The notes under the pieces were generated by a model. That model did not search any database. It had not been told where the DNA came from and worked only from the letters and a program-made list of their open reading frames with translations. From Hypanus sabinus (Eukaryota): 64,000 bases of DNA. Shown piece after piece: positions 38,950 through 51,880 of the stretch (position 1 is its first letter; each line of letters starts with the position of its first letter). The stretch spans positions 9,734,001 through 9,798,000 of the forward strand of contig NC_082731.1 in assembly GCF_030144855.1 (NCBI RefSeq). Direction: 5' to 3'. Both the position numbers and the translations under genes were made by a program.

Positions 38950-40800
38950 GATTAATCGCGGGCCAATCGCGGCGGGATGTGGCAGGACAGTAAACACTGA
39001 TTGCTCGTTGGGTTTAAGTCACTTAGTTCTATCTACTGTATTGTCCAATTAACGGGTTATAATATTTGTCATCTCCTGTCACCGAATCCTTTGCTTCGTG
39101 TTAGTTGTTTGCCTCGATGATAAAGAAGTTACAGAGTCTGGTATAAAACTACTGTGATTCTGTTGTCTGTTCACAGAGCATTGTGTTTGCTGCTTTCCAT
39201 TTACCAACTGGAAAGGCGGGAAGAAAGCGGGCAGAAAGCGAGTGATAGGGGCCAGAGGAATATTGATGTACAATTTGATTTTGAAGTGTAATCTCACAGC
39301 CTCCAGAACGTGTTAAAATAGATGACTGCGTTAGTGAAAAGGTCATTTCGTGTGCTTGGCTGCGTGCGCAGCAGCATTCCCTATAACAGTCAGCAGGCCA
39401 TGATGCAAATGCATAAAATCGCCTTCCCTTATTGTGTATGCTTTTGGTACCACACTGCAGGGAGGATCTGGTAGTAATGGAGGGCAGAAGAGATTCAGTG
39501 AGATGCTACCTGGAATTGAGGACTTTAGATCTAAGGAGAGAATGGCTTCGATTATTCCCAATGTAACGCAGGAAGCATAGGGGTGACCCTATACATGTTC
39601 ATAAGGTCATAATGTGTACAGACAGGAGAGGAAGCAACAGTGCTTTTCCCCTGGATGGTCGAGTATAGAACTAGAAAACACAGGTTGAAGGTAAGAGGGG
39701 GAAATTTTAATGAGATCTGGGGAGTAAGGTTGTTTACTCAGAGGGTGATGGTTACCAAGAACGAGCTGCCGGAGGCGGTGTTAGAGATGTACACAATTAC
39801 AACGTTTAAGACATTTGAACAGATACTTTTGTTATAATATTATCATTATTATTATGATATTACTGTTATGAGCAGAGAGACAACGTCTGCCGGAAGTAAA
39901 TTCCTTGTATGTGCACAGGTACTTGGCGATAAAAGTCTGATTCTGATTCTGATTATAGGAAAGGAAAGGATGACCGTGAGTCTAATGCAGGGAAATACGA
40001 TAAGCGTCGTTCGGCACGACTGTTGTCACGGGCCAGGCGGACCGTTAATGCCTGCTTTGGGTAGGCTTCTATGATTTTTTTCGCAATCTTAATTTTTTTT
40101 TTAAATCGACAACATCCCGGAATGCAAAATACTCCTCAACTGAGGAAAGAGTTACTGTCTGTATGCGTCTTACTTTGGTAAAATCCTGAACTCGTTAATG
40201 TGTCGAAGGCCGAAAGTCTAAATGCCATCGGTTATTTGGAACGATGCACCGTCAGTCAGCTCATGTCAGACAGCTGCACTTTGTTGCTCCCTATAAACTG
40301 TAAATACGGAAAGCTCAGTCCAAATAATTCATTTAAAGGACAAGTTCATATATTGCCATGATTTAAAAGAGAAAACTTGAAGTATTACGTCGACGGACAT
40401 GGACGTAGTGAACCAAAGGCCCGTCTCCGGCCTGGGAACCTTTCTTCACTCCACCGCTTTACACGGATGAATGTGGAACAGAGTCTGAGATTTATTTGAC
40501 TCATAATGTCGGGCCGGTGGGGTGACAATGAGCAGAATTGACGTTTGAGCATGCTTTTTAGGTAAAGTGCATGTCCGCCTTTTAATGGAGATCTGGGTGT
40601 GGAGGGAATTGGGGTTGGGCTTCTTTTCTGTTTTGCTGCCTTTGTGAGATGTGTCGCACATTGAACGAATCGGGCTTTCAAGAGAACGGTGACTATGAGA
40701 ATAGTTCGGCGGCAGTAGAAGGCAACAGGGTATTAAACACGCAGTCGGTCGCAGCTTGGTGACGTGGCGGAGGAATATATGCTGCGATGCGAAAGAAAAT
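38950..40800. promoter_or_regulatory. CpG-dense, largely non-repeat promoter-like region
   Basis: CCAAT at 38963 next to cgcggcggga, tgcgtgcgca at 39361, TGACTCA at 40497, TGACGTGG at 40760, and donor AG|gtaaag at 40561. About 25 CpG in 40381-40800 by hand count. Confidence 0.35.
40551..40561 (+). CDS. Tentative coding exon 1 of a small unknown ORF
   Basis: agcATG CTT TTT AG|gtaaag, phase 2 out. Confidence 0.15.
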
Positions 40801-40819
40801 TTGTACAGACTTTCGAAAT

Positions 40820-41760
40820 GCTGAGGAAATGGAGGGATGGGTTCGTAAGTTTGCTGATGACACTGAGGTTGGAGTGTTGTGGATAGTGTGGAGAGCTATC
40901 AGAGGTTACAGCGGGACATTGATCGGATGCAAAATTGGGCTGAGAAGTGGTATACGGAGTTCAACTCAAATAAGTGTGAAGTGGTTCATTTTGGTAGATC
41001 AAATATGATAGCAGAATATAGTATTAATGGTAAGACTCTTGACAGTGTGAAGGATCAGCGGGATCTTGGGGTCCGAGTCCATAGGACGCTCAAAGCAGCT
41101 GCGCAGGTTGACTCTGTGGTTAAGAAGGCATACGGTGTATTGGGCAGCATCAACAGCGGAATTGAATTTAGGAGCCGAGAGGTAATGTTTCAGCTACATC
41201 GGAGCCCGGTCAGACCCCATTTGGAGTACTGTATTTAGTTCTGGTCCCCTCACTACAGGAAGGATGTGAAAACTGTAGTAAGGGTACAGAGGAGATTTAC
41301 AGGGATATTGCCTGGATTAGGGCGCATGCCATATGCAAACGGGTTGAGTGAACTTGGGCTTTTGTTCTTGGAGAGACGGAGGATGAAAAGTGACCTGACA
41401 GAGGTGTGTAAGATGAGGAAAAGCATTGATCATGTGATTAGTCCGAGCTTTTACCCAGGCTGCCACAAGAGGGCACAATTTCAAAGTGCTTGGGAGCAGG
41501 TACAGAGGAGATGTCAGGAGGCGGTGTTAGAGATGCAGATAATTATGTAGAGAGTGGAGAGTGTGCGGAATGGACTGCCGGCAATGGTGGTGGATGCGGA
41601 TACGATGGGGTCATTTCAGAGACTTTTTGGTAGGTACTTAGAGCTTAGAAATTAAAGGGCTATGGGTAACCCTGGCTATTTCTAAGGTAGGGACATATTC
41701 GGCAAGAATTTGTGGGCCGAAGGGCATGCATTGTGCTGTAAGTTTTCTGTTTCTATGTTT
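40820..41760 (+). mobile_element. CR1 LINE RT C-terminus and 3' end
   Basis: KFADDTEVG; LQRDIDRMQNWAEKWYTEFNSNKCEVVHFG...VRPHLEYCI. Confidence 0.9.
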
Positions 41761-42594
41761 TCGATATGGATAAAATAATTCAATTGGTGGGCATGTCTGT
41801 GGTCTCCACATGCCGACTATGATTCATGACATTCTGTCGGTTTCCTACTTTGCTGAGCAGCCAGTAAGCACTGGAAACGTTCTTCAGATTATCAGCAGCA
41901 GACAAATTTCCTATATCTTGCTTTGGCATTTTACTAAAACCTCTCGGCAATGACAAGGAAGCAATCAATAATTCTCTGCAATTCCTTGACATTTAACGGC
42001 ATCTGCTTTTTCTGGAGAAAAAGGAAACTTTGAAACAGTTCAGCTCGAACTGAGAAGTGCGGACGATATGAATTAATTCATTATGTGTCCTGTCTCGATT
42101 TCAAATCTCAGAGGGAGAAATTTCTCGAAGATTAAATACGCTACTCTTTCCAGAGGCCTGATGTCCAGCGGTCTGTGGTTTAGTAGCTACCCGCAGCTGA
42201 TGGAAACTCACGTATGAACAAAGTGATACGAATGCCATCATCCGTACTAGAGTATATCATTCATTCTATCCGATCTTATCCGCCATAGTTGCACAGTGGT
42301 ACGGCAGAGAGAGAGAGAAGCCCTTCGTCCATTATGTTTACTCAAATGTTACACTTATTCCATTTACCATCACTTGGCTCCCTCTACTTCGACAAATCAG
42401 AAATTTATACCCGTACTTCTGAAATGTTGTGACAGAAGCTGCTTTCGCCACCCAATTAGGCAGTCCGGTACAAATTGCAATCACCCTCCTCAAATCACTC
42501 AAATCTTGTCTTAGATTGGATTAATGTCTCTAGTTGTTGAGGCTCTGCCACAAGGTAGAATTCTTACCATCAACCTTGTATATCTATTGGGCGC

Positions 42595-43410
42595 AGCTTA
42601 GGAGGACAATGGCGCCGAACGTCGACTCCTTTATTTGCATCTTGGGAAAAAGCTTAATTTCTATCTTTGATTTGATTTTTTTTTTTCATTTTTCCTTTTC
42701 AAGGTTCTTTTGAAGTCCCTGACCTGGAGTTACACCCTGACCTCGGCTCGTTGCAGAAATGGGACCTGCTCTCGGAGCCTCATGGCAGGTATACCGTAAA
42801 GCGGTATGGCACAGATGCACCTGGAAGACTTGGGCGCCTTCAGGGTGCCGGATCTTTGTGGCTCTGGAGTCTGGCGGATTCAAAGCCGGTGCCGCCGTGG
42901 GAGACTGAAGATCGTAAGCAGCGAGCTGGCTGCTGGCTGTGTGCCCAGAGACCCGAGTTCTTTGGGCACAGAGCTCGGAAAAGGCGACGCAACAGACGCA
43001 ACACCATAAATCAGCGAGTTCCTTTGTCATGTCTCTCCTCACCCTATGAAACGGGAGACTTCTGTTTCCTTTATTAGGGAGAGAGAGAGAGAGAGTCTGG
43101 GGTATGTGGAATATCAGGTGAACGAGTAGACTTTGGGGCATTGCAAGTCTTTGTCTTTATTGATGTTTTGCTGCAGGCTTGAGTGCTCGGTGGGTGTCCG
43201 GATGCTTTTTTTTGCTGGTGGGGGAGGAGGGGTTAGTTGTTTTTCTGCTGCTTATGCGTGAGAGGCGGGAGCTGGGGGAACTTTGGGGTTCTAACAATTA
43301 ACTGTCATTCAATCTTTGGGGCACTCCTCTGTTTTCCTGGATGTTCACGAAAAAGAAGAATTTCAGGATGCATATTGTACACATTTCTCTGACATTAAAT
43401 GTACCTGTTG
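42595..43410 (+). mobile_element. Non-autonomous retroposon-like repeat
   Basis: GC-rich head (atggcgccgaac...), internal (GA)n and a ctgacattaaatgtacc tail; a related tail fragment lies at ~47165-47535. Confidence 0.55.
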
Positions 43411-43658
43411 AAACCTATTGAAACCTATTCATCTCAGAGTAACACATACCTCTGGTGCCTTTTCCCTCAACCTCCTCGATATGATAGAAGACAACTCCTT
43501 TCTATCCAATTACTCCTCTCGGGCTGCGAAATTCATTTGCTTCCTCTCCAGTCTAATCTGGTCAGAACTATACATAATATTTCAGCTGTGACCTACGCAA
43601 TGTTTTAGAAGGTTGTACCAAAACTTTTTTGCTCTTATTTTCTCTCCCTTGTACTCAG

Positions 43659-43683
43659 GATAATTGAAGGACTTTTACTCCTG
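43659..43683 (+). CDS. Tentative 25-nt micro-exon (R)IIEGLLLL
   Basis: Very long polypyrimidine tract ending tactcag|, donor CTG|gtaatc, phase 2 in and phase 0 out. Confidence 0.2.
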
Positions 43684-44479
43684 GTAATCAATGTACTTGT
43701 AACCATGCAGTATTTTGCGTCATTGGACAGAACGCTCGCTTCAAGTCTGTTTGTCATTTCCATATTTCTCTCACTCAGTACCTTACTTGGCATTTTTAAG
43801 TATTTTTTTTACTTGACTTATAATTTCGACATTGACCGTGGATACAAGAAACACAGCGCGATATCTGTACTAAATAATTTCCAAATAATTTCTAAGATAC
43901 AAACTGATTATATTTATTGCACTTTTTCAATCACTTAAGCCCAGTCAAACGTTTCATCAAATACGCGTCCATCAACTTAAGTGTCAAACGGTGCAAAGTC
44001 TACTAAACAATACGAAAGCTACTCAGGAGAATTTAAACTACTGTTGCAAGGACTGGAAACCAGAGCATCAGGTCAGTAAGGGGAGGATCGGACCGGAAAA
44101 TACATGTCAAGGAAAGTTTTGAAATGCATAATCGAAATAACAGGTATGATGGGTGAAATGGGTTGAAATGTGTGTACACTAATGCTAAGGGTAATATGGG
44201 TAAGGGTGATGAACTTGGAGCTTGGATCAGTACATGTAAGTACAATGGGATGGCCATTGCAGAAATTTGGTTGAAAGAGGGGCAGGAACGAATGATTAAC
44301 GTATCCGGTTTTTGAAGTTTTAGAAAAGATCGAGGAAGAAGTAACAAGTTTGCGGTTGCTGGGGGTGGGGATTGGGGGGAAGATGCACTCAATGTAGCAA
44401 TTATAAGTTTGCTTTGCATCTCATTGCATCTGCATCATTTCATAACAAGTGCGCTCCCTACAACTGACTAAATTAGATA

Positions 44480-45820
44480 GATAGATAGATACTTTATTCA
44501 TCCCAAAGGAAATTACAGTGTCACAGGAGCATTACAAGTACGCAGATATGCTAATATTAGAAGATAATTAATAAAGAATAAAAATATAAATTACCTCAGG
44601 CAATCTAACAGGTGGGGGTCATCAGTTCCCCGACTGTAGGTTAACTCATCATAGGGCCTAATTGCCAAATGTAAGAATATCTTCATATAGTGCTTGCTCT
44701 TTAGAACAGTGCAGTTGTCTTAATCTATTACAAAAACTCTCTTCTGTTCAGCCAAGGTGGCTTGTAGAGGATGGGAAACATTGTCCTGAATTGCCAGGAT
44801 TTTTCTCAGGGTCCTTTCTTCTACAACAGGCTCTGATGTGTCCGGTTTGACTCCTATAACAGAGCCAATCTTTCTAATTATTTTATGGAGCCTCATGTTG
44901 ATGCAATTGCCCCAGCATACAACCACATAGAAGATTGCACTGGTGACAACAGACTACTAAAACATATGAAGGGCGGGCGGGCTTGCATAATCTAAAGGAC
45001 CTCAGTATCCTCAGGATGCAGAGGTGACACTAGCCCTTCTTGTACAGAACCTCTGTTGGTGCTCTACCCATTTTTGTCATCCAGGTGCACCCCCAGATAC
45101 TTGTATGTCCTCACCACATCCATGTCCTCACCATCAGTAGTAAAAGTGAGCAGCGGAGGTTTGGTCTTCCTCAAGTCCATCACCATCTCTTTTGTCTTAC
45201 TGATGTTCAGCTACAGATTATTCAGCTTCCACCATTTGACCAAGACTTCCATCGCGGTCCTGTATTCATCCTCACATCCTCTCTTTATAGACTCAACTAT
45301 TGCTGAGTCAGGAGAGTATTTTTGATTTCTGCAGATAACATGATTCAGTGTATTATCTAATGTCTGTGGTATATAGGGTAAACGGGATGGGAGCCAATAC
45401 AATCCCCTGTGGGGCCCCAGTGCTGCTTATAGCTATGTATGACACATAGCTATGAAGCCGCACAAACAGTGGTCTGCCAGTCCAATAGACCATAATCCAT
45501 GGAATTGTCAACCTGCACTGAATGGAGCTTTAAACCCAGCAATGAAGGCTGTATAGTATTGAAGGCACTTGAAAAATAAAAAAAAACAACAACAACATGA
45601 TCCTCACGGCGCTATCCTGCTTGTCTAAATGACAGTAGGTCCTCTTCAACTGGTAGAATGGAGCATCGTCGACTCTAATGCACTCTTACTAGGCAAACTA
45701 CAGAGAATAAAGAGTTGATCTGACTAGGATCAATGCTGAATCAGGTCCAGCTTCGCTAGCGTCTTCATGATGTGTGAGGTCAGGGCCACTGGATAGTAGT
45801 CTTTCAAGACTTTCTGTTTG
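44480..45820 (-). mobile_element. Rex1/Babar-like LINE RT and 3' end
   Basis: VVCWGNCINMRLHKIIRKIGSVIG...RTLRKILAIQDNVSHPL, with a (TAGA)n tail at ~44478. Confidence 0.75.
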
Positions 45821-46358
45821 CCCATCTTAAGTAATGAATTTAAGTATAACTGGACAAGGAATTATTCAACCGTACATGTCCAACGTGTAAACATTAATTG
45901 CTTCTTTAGTAAAGTTCCCACAGTCCTCTGAATTTTTCTAAATATAATTATCGTCCTTTCTTTCGTTATCCTAACATTGTTGACGTAGTGATCAAAGAGA
46001 CCTGTTAATTATGACTTTCACCTCCGTTTTATACAAAGGCACCACTACAGTTATATGCTTAATTTTAAGTGATTACTTGGCTAGAATGTGTGTCACCTTG
46101 TTTTCCTCAACCCCAACATGGGCAATAGCCCATAAGGAATGAGTGCACAAGTGTGGATCCTGCAGCCTCAGCAGATGTTTTCCATTCTCTAGAATAATGT
46201 CTGTCCAACAATTTGAAATGCATGTTTTGACAGACGTCAAAACAAGAATGAAGCAAAGCACAGGAGTACGTAATCAGGGTGCATTTTTAAAGCAAAAGTG
46301 GGAGCAACCATCTCCGGTGTAAATAATGATATTTTGCCTGATAATCTTTTCTTAATAG

Positions 46359-46565
46359 TCATCTTTGGAACATAAACAGAAAAACCTGAATGGCCTGTCT
46401 CTAGATCGTTTGATCCATCTGTATAGATATGAAAGAAGCCATAATATCAGCCATGCAGGTATTGCTGAACTACTTGTGGCACTGATTGACAATAAATCTT
46501 CCTCTGGATCTTTTCTTGAAGGCTTAAAACAAATCATATGCAAAGGAAAAACCATGGAGGAGTGA
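46359..46565 (+). CDS. Tentative terminal exon of the small unknown ORF (or a transposase relic)
   Basis: Acceptor tcttttcttaatag|, 68 open codons (SSLEHKQKNLNGLSLDRLIHLYRYERSHNISHAGIAELLVALIDNK...) to TGA; AATAAA at ~46832. Confidence 0.2.
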   Translation, partial: SSLEHKQKNLNGLSLDRLIHLYRYERSHNISHAGIAELLVALIDNKSSSGSFLEGLKQIICKGKTMEE

Positions 46566-48859
46566 CAGAAAGGAGTACACTGGGACCACATTTCACGCTG
46601 AACTGCCGAAGATTCTATGTCCTACTCACATCTCAGTTACAGCCAACTAAACAGCTGAGCAAATGAGGGTTTATTTTTACTCTTCTCAAGCACAAGGGGT
46701 TTGTTTAATCAGACATCATTAGCTTAATTAATTCAGTACAACTTCGGGAGCTGATGGAAATTTTCAACATTCAGGTTGAATACCCTTTGACAGAATGTAG
46801 TTAAGAGTAACACAGATAAGAACTAGAAGACAATAAATCAGATTATGTACCAAAATCAACAGTATAATTAATAATTTGATTGAATAATTACTCTGCAATC
46901 CCAAGAGTTATGCCAGGTTGATCGATAAAAATCTGTTAGGTACAAATTAAAACAGATTAGCACTGTCATATAAAGCAAATCAACTTTTCTTGAATGAAAT
47001 AATTTGCTTTTCTGAGGTATATAAATTGTTGTGTTGTTTCATTATTAATGGTAATAACAGAAAGCTTTTGCTATTTATTGCCCTATTGCAAGTCTTGTTT
47101 TTGCTGGTTGTGAGGGATTTCAGCAAAAAATTCAAACAGCTGATGTGGCTGATTGTAATATCAAAACAATGAGCTGCTGGTCTCCCACTCTCATGTGTTG
47201 TAGCAACGATTACTCTGTCTTGCTAGGGAGAGAGAACTTGTCTGAATTGTCAAAGAGTTGGGATAGACGGTGGATTTTTGATAGAATCTAGATCATGGAG
47301 TCTTTGGGGTTTTTGCTTTTGCTTGCATGGTGGAGTGAGGAGTGATGCTTTTCTGGAGCTAGTGGGAGGAGGGGGAGGATAATGCTTTTGTTGCTATTTG
47401 TGTGTGGGAAGGCTTTGGGGTTCTAATGCTTCTGTCATTCATTCTTTGTTTTTTTTCAGTTTCATGGTTGTCTGTGAAGAGTAGGAATATCAAGTTGTAT
47501 GTTGCATACAGTATCTGATATTAAATTGAACCACTGAGTAGTCTTACATTACATTTTGGCAACATTTAATCTGAGACTTTTTTTTACATATGGGCTCATG
47601 TTCTAGGACTCCAGTCTATTCCACTAGCTGATCACATTTGCCATGAACTTTGTTGATAGCAAAGGTGACCATTTTTCTTTTATTTCACTGATGCAGATTA
47701 AAATCGACATCAAGATGGTGTTCAACATAAAAAAGGTGAAAGCATGGAACACAGCACCAAAATAATTCTGCCTTTTGCTTCTGAAAAATGTGAAGTATTG
47801 ACAGTTTGTGTGAACCCCATGCTTCGAATCAAAGGTAATGATGAATTAGTTTAAATATTGTTCTTTTATTTTAAAAAAAATCGTTGAATTACTTTCTGGA
47901 TGTTGCAGTGCATCTCCACAACATTTAATCTAATCAATTCACAGAAATGTGATTCTATCTCAGATATCTTGGTCAGTGTGCATGATCTGAGACAAAGGAC
48001 CAGTTTAGATCTGGATCTCTGGTTAGTATTCAAATCCCTCATGTTTAATGTAATTCGGTCTGGCTCTTTAAATTTATAAACACAATTTAAGTTGTAAATC
48101 ATTTGAAGGATTGCAGACCAAGCCAAACCTATAAATAGGTGAGGCACTGTTGATAGTATAGTCTGAATCAATTAAGAGTTGGAAAATGGAGATTGGCTTC
48201 TAATATAAGTAGCAATTGGTTGAAAGTGTCCACAACTAAACTGCCTGAGGTATAATCAATGGCAGACTTGGAGCAGTGAAGGTACTAATTCTGTTTCCTC
48301 CTTTCATAAAGTGAGATTGAGCAATGCCTCTCTACCAGGAATTATATAAAGAAAATGATTGGTTCTCAAACAGTTGATCATATTTGTCCTAACATGGAAC
48401 AGGCATTAATGAATTGGACAGCAATGCAAAGTTTGCTGTTCAGTTACATCTTGATTCTTCAGTAGCTTCATGCATCAATCATTTCAGTAAACTGGCATCT
48501 AGTCTGGAAAATTTATGCTGGGCCTAAGTGGACTGTATCTAGAAAACCACGATTATATTGGTTAGCATGGAGACTTCACTGTTGGTTCTTATGGACAATT
48601 TGAATGAGCTAAGTATATTAAAAAAGGGACATCTTGATTCAGCAGTGCAAAATATTGGTTGGGCTTGAGGTGTAAGGAATTTTGGTTTTGTTTGCATTTA
48701 TCCTCTCCTGGAATGAGGAAACTGAGAGGTCTTGTGGTTGAGGTATATAAAACCCCAGGCATAGATACAGCAGAAGAATGGAATAACACTAAATGGTGCA
48801 GGTTTAAGCATGATATGAAGGATATACTTCAAACAAAATAGTTACCTGACTGTCAGACC

Positions 48860-49650
48860 ACAGTACATGCGCTTGCAACACTATGTGTCAGACAGGGTGG
48901 TCAGTAGCACTGGGATCCACAGGGGACTGTCCTGTTTCACCATCTGCACCTCGGACTTCAACTACAACACAGAGTCTTGCCATCTTCAGAAGCTTTCTGA
49001 TGACTCTGTCATAGTTGGATGCATCAGCAGGGCAGATAAGGCTGAGTACAGGGCTACGGTGAGAAACTTTGTCACATGGTGCGAGCAGAATCATCTGCAG
49101 CTTATGTGAAAAAGCCTAAGGAGCTGGTGGTGGACCTGAGGAGGACTCAGGCACCAGTGACCCCTGTTTCCATTCAAGGAGTCTCTGTCGACATGGTGGA
49201 GGATTACAAATACCCGGGGATACAAATGGACAATAAACTGGACTGGTCAAAGAACACTGAGGCTGTCTGCAAGAAGCGTCAGAGCTGTCTCTATTTCCTG
49301 AGGAGACTAAGGTCCTTTAACATCTGCCGGACAATGCTGAGGATGTTCTACGAGGCTGTGATGGCCAGCGCTATCATGTTTGCTGTTGTGTGCTGGGGCA
49401 GCAGGCTGAGTATAGCAGACACCAACAGAATCAACAAACTCATCCGTAAGGCCAGTGATGTTGTGGGGGTGGAACTGAACTCTCTGATGGTGGTGTCTGA
49501 AGAGAGAATGCTGTCCAAGTTGAATGCCATCTTGGACAATGACTCCCATCCACTCAATAATGTACTGGTTAGGCACAGGAGTGTATTCAGCCAGAGACTC
49601 ATTCCTCCGAGATGTAACTCTGAGCGTCGTAGGAAGTCATTCCTACCTTT
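48860..49650 (+). mobile_element. Rex1/Babar-like LINE RT C-terminus inserted into a CR1 3' end (~48715-50030)
   Basis: QKLSDDSVIVGCI; ELVVDLRR...YKYPGIQMDNKLDWSKN...LYFLRRLRSF. CR1 sequence resumes after ~49660. Confidence 0.85.
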
Positions 49651-50119
49651 ATCCTTTAGAACTTAAATGAATGAGGAAATTCCATAGAGATATACAATTT
49701 ATGAGGACTATAGATAGAGTCAATGCAAGCAGACTTTTGCTACTGAGGTTGGGTTAAGGGACAAAAGATGAAATATTTAAAGGGAACATGAGGGAAGGTT
49801 CTTCACTCAGAGGGTCGCGAGAGCGTGGAATATGCTCCAGCACAAGTGGTACTTGTGAGCTAAGTTTCAAAATTTTAAGTAAAGTTTAGATAGGTCCATG
49901 GCTGGTAGGTGTAAGGATGGCTCTGGCCCCGGTGCCGAAAAGTGGATGTAGGCAGATTAAATGGGGTTGCCATTGAATAGATGGACCAACTAGCCTGTTT
50001 CTATGCTGTACTTTTCTGTAAGACTATATACTGAGTAGAGGACTCTAAACAATAATTACCACTGATGGTTTCATTTAAGTCAAAGCAATCCCATTTCTAA
50101 AGACACTCCCCCCTCACAG

Positions 50120-50560
50120 GCTCTCATGTGTGTCACCAGTTAGATGATAGATTTCTCGACGATAACTTAAAAGATGGCAAACTTTTGACACTGTTGCTAT
50201 TGCAGATGGATCAATTTTGAATCTGGAAAGGGAATGTTGTATGACTAACAAAAAATACTCAGTTACTATAATTAAATATGAAGCAAATGTTGCCTCAAAT
50301 ACATCGCAACAATACTGTGATTTAAAATATGTCATTTCTGAGAAAGTGTAGAGTGGTTCAAATAAGACATTCACTGATATATTGAGCTACATCCATAGAA
50401 TTGAAGAACTGTCAATTCTTGTTGACATCATTGGAATATTTCAAGCTTCTATTGTTGACTGTGAATGTCGAATTAGTCTTCTATATTCAATCAAATGTAA
50501 ATTCAGAAATTGACTAGAAGTGGATGATCTACTGAAGATTAAGCAACAGAAGTTTCACTT
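50120..50560 (+). pseudogene. hAT transposase fossil, C-terminal dimerisation region
   Basis: QLDDRFLDDNL/KRWQTFDTVAI...QYCDLKYVISEKV*SGSNKTFTDIL...EELSILVDIIGIFQASIVDCECRISLLYSIKCKFRN*LEVDDLLKIK matches the hAT pattern S.ADCER.FSL...IK.K.RNRL; contains stops and a frameshift. Confidence 0.75.
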
Positions 50561-51209
50561 CAAAATTTTATTTTATGCACCCCGATATGTGAAGCCACCA
50601 TGTGCAGACCAAATTGAACAGGCTCCAGCTAATCACTTGTCTAACAGAAAGAAAAGCCTGATTGATGAAGCCTGAAGGATGTGCAGTATTCCAAGATGGG
50701 TGAAGGCATTGTCTGTGGTCTCTGCTCAGATGTAAAGGAAAGGGTGATAAGAGTGATAAGAGGTATTTCATCTGGATTTGAAATTAATATGGGCAGTGTT
50801 TATAGACTTGTAATAGGTTTGTAATACAGACAGATAAGAAAGTTTACAAAATGTGATAGATTTGCTATGTTTTACTGTGTATCATTATATACTAAATAAT
50901 AAATAAAATCCAAAGAATGTGATTTTCAATTTTTATTCTAAATAGGATTTAGAATAAATCCTATTTAGGTTGTTCATTCATGATAGGATCAATAGAAAAA
51001 GAAGTGCTGCACAGTTTTAAAGCCATGTAGAAGTTCATACTCAGAAATGCTTGCTGAGGTGAAAAGAACGGGAAAGAGAGCTTCAGAATGGGCAATGGAA
51101 ACAGAGAAGGGGAGCCAGGAGAATTTTTCAGAAATCAATGTTCATAGTGCACATTGGAAGCTACCTGGATGGAATATGTTTTCCTCCACCGAACTATGAG
51201 TGGCATTAT

Positions 51210-51880
51210 TATATAACCATATAACAGTTACAGCACGGAAACAGGCCATCTCGTCCCTTCTAGTCCGTGCCAAATGCTTACTCACCTAGTCCCACATACC
51301 TGCACTCAGCCCATAAACCTCCATTCCCCACCTATACATATACCTATCCAATCTTTTTTTTTAAAGGACAAAATCGAACCACTTCTTCTGAAAGCTTGTT
51401 CCACACAGCTACCACTCTCTGAGTAAAGAAGTTCCTCCTCGTGTAACCTATAAACCTTTGCCCCATAACTCTCAACTCACGTCCTCTTGTTTGAATCTCC
51501 TCTACTCTCAATGGAAAACAAGCCTGTCTATGTCAACTCTATCAATCCCACTCATAATTTTAAATATGTCTATCAAGTCCCCCCTCAACTTTCTACGCTC
51601 CAAAGAATAAAGACCTAACTTGTTCAACCTTTCTCTGCAACTTAGCTGCTGTAACCCAGGTAACATTCTAGTAAATCTCTATACTCTTTCTATTTTGTAG
51701 TCATCTTTCCTATAATTCGGTGACCAGACCTGTACACAAGACTCCAAATTTGGCTTCACCAATGCCTTGTACAATTTTAACATTACATCCCAACTCCTAT
51801 ACTCAATGCTCTGATTTATAAAGGCAACCATATCAAAAGCTTTCTTCACCACCCTGTCCACATGAGATTTGACCTTCAGG
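51210..51880 (-). mobile_element. CR1 3' end
   Basis: VDRVVKKAFDMVAFINQSIEYRSWDVMLKLYKALVKPNLESCVQVWSP. Confidence 0.9.

Noticed and set aside
2634-42640. Scattered octamer sites (2634, 24023, 29815, 30432, 39403, 42633)
   Set aside because: An 8-mer occurs a few times by chance in AT-rich sequence of this length, and none is followed by a leader exon.
46352-46591. Minus-strand ORF with a TM-like LILWLLSYLY segment; also a CRH-like SLDxxxHLxR motif on the plus strand
   Set aside because: Short resemblances only. There is no supporting exon structure for the first, and no cleavage sites or downstream similarity for the second.
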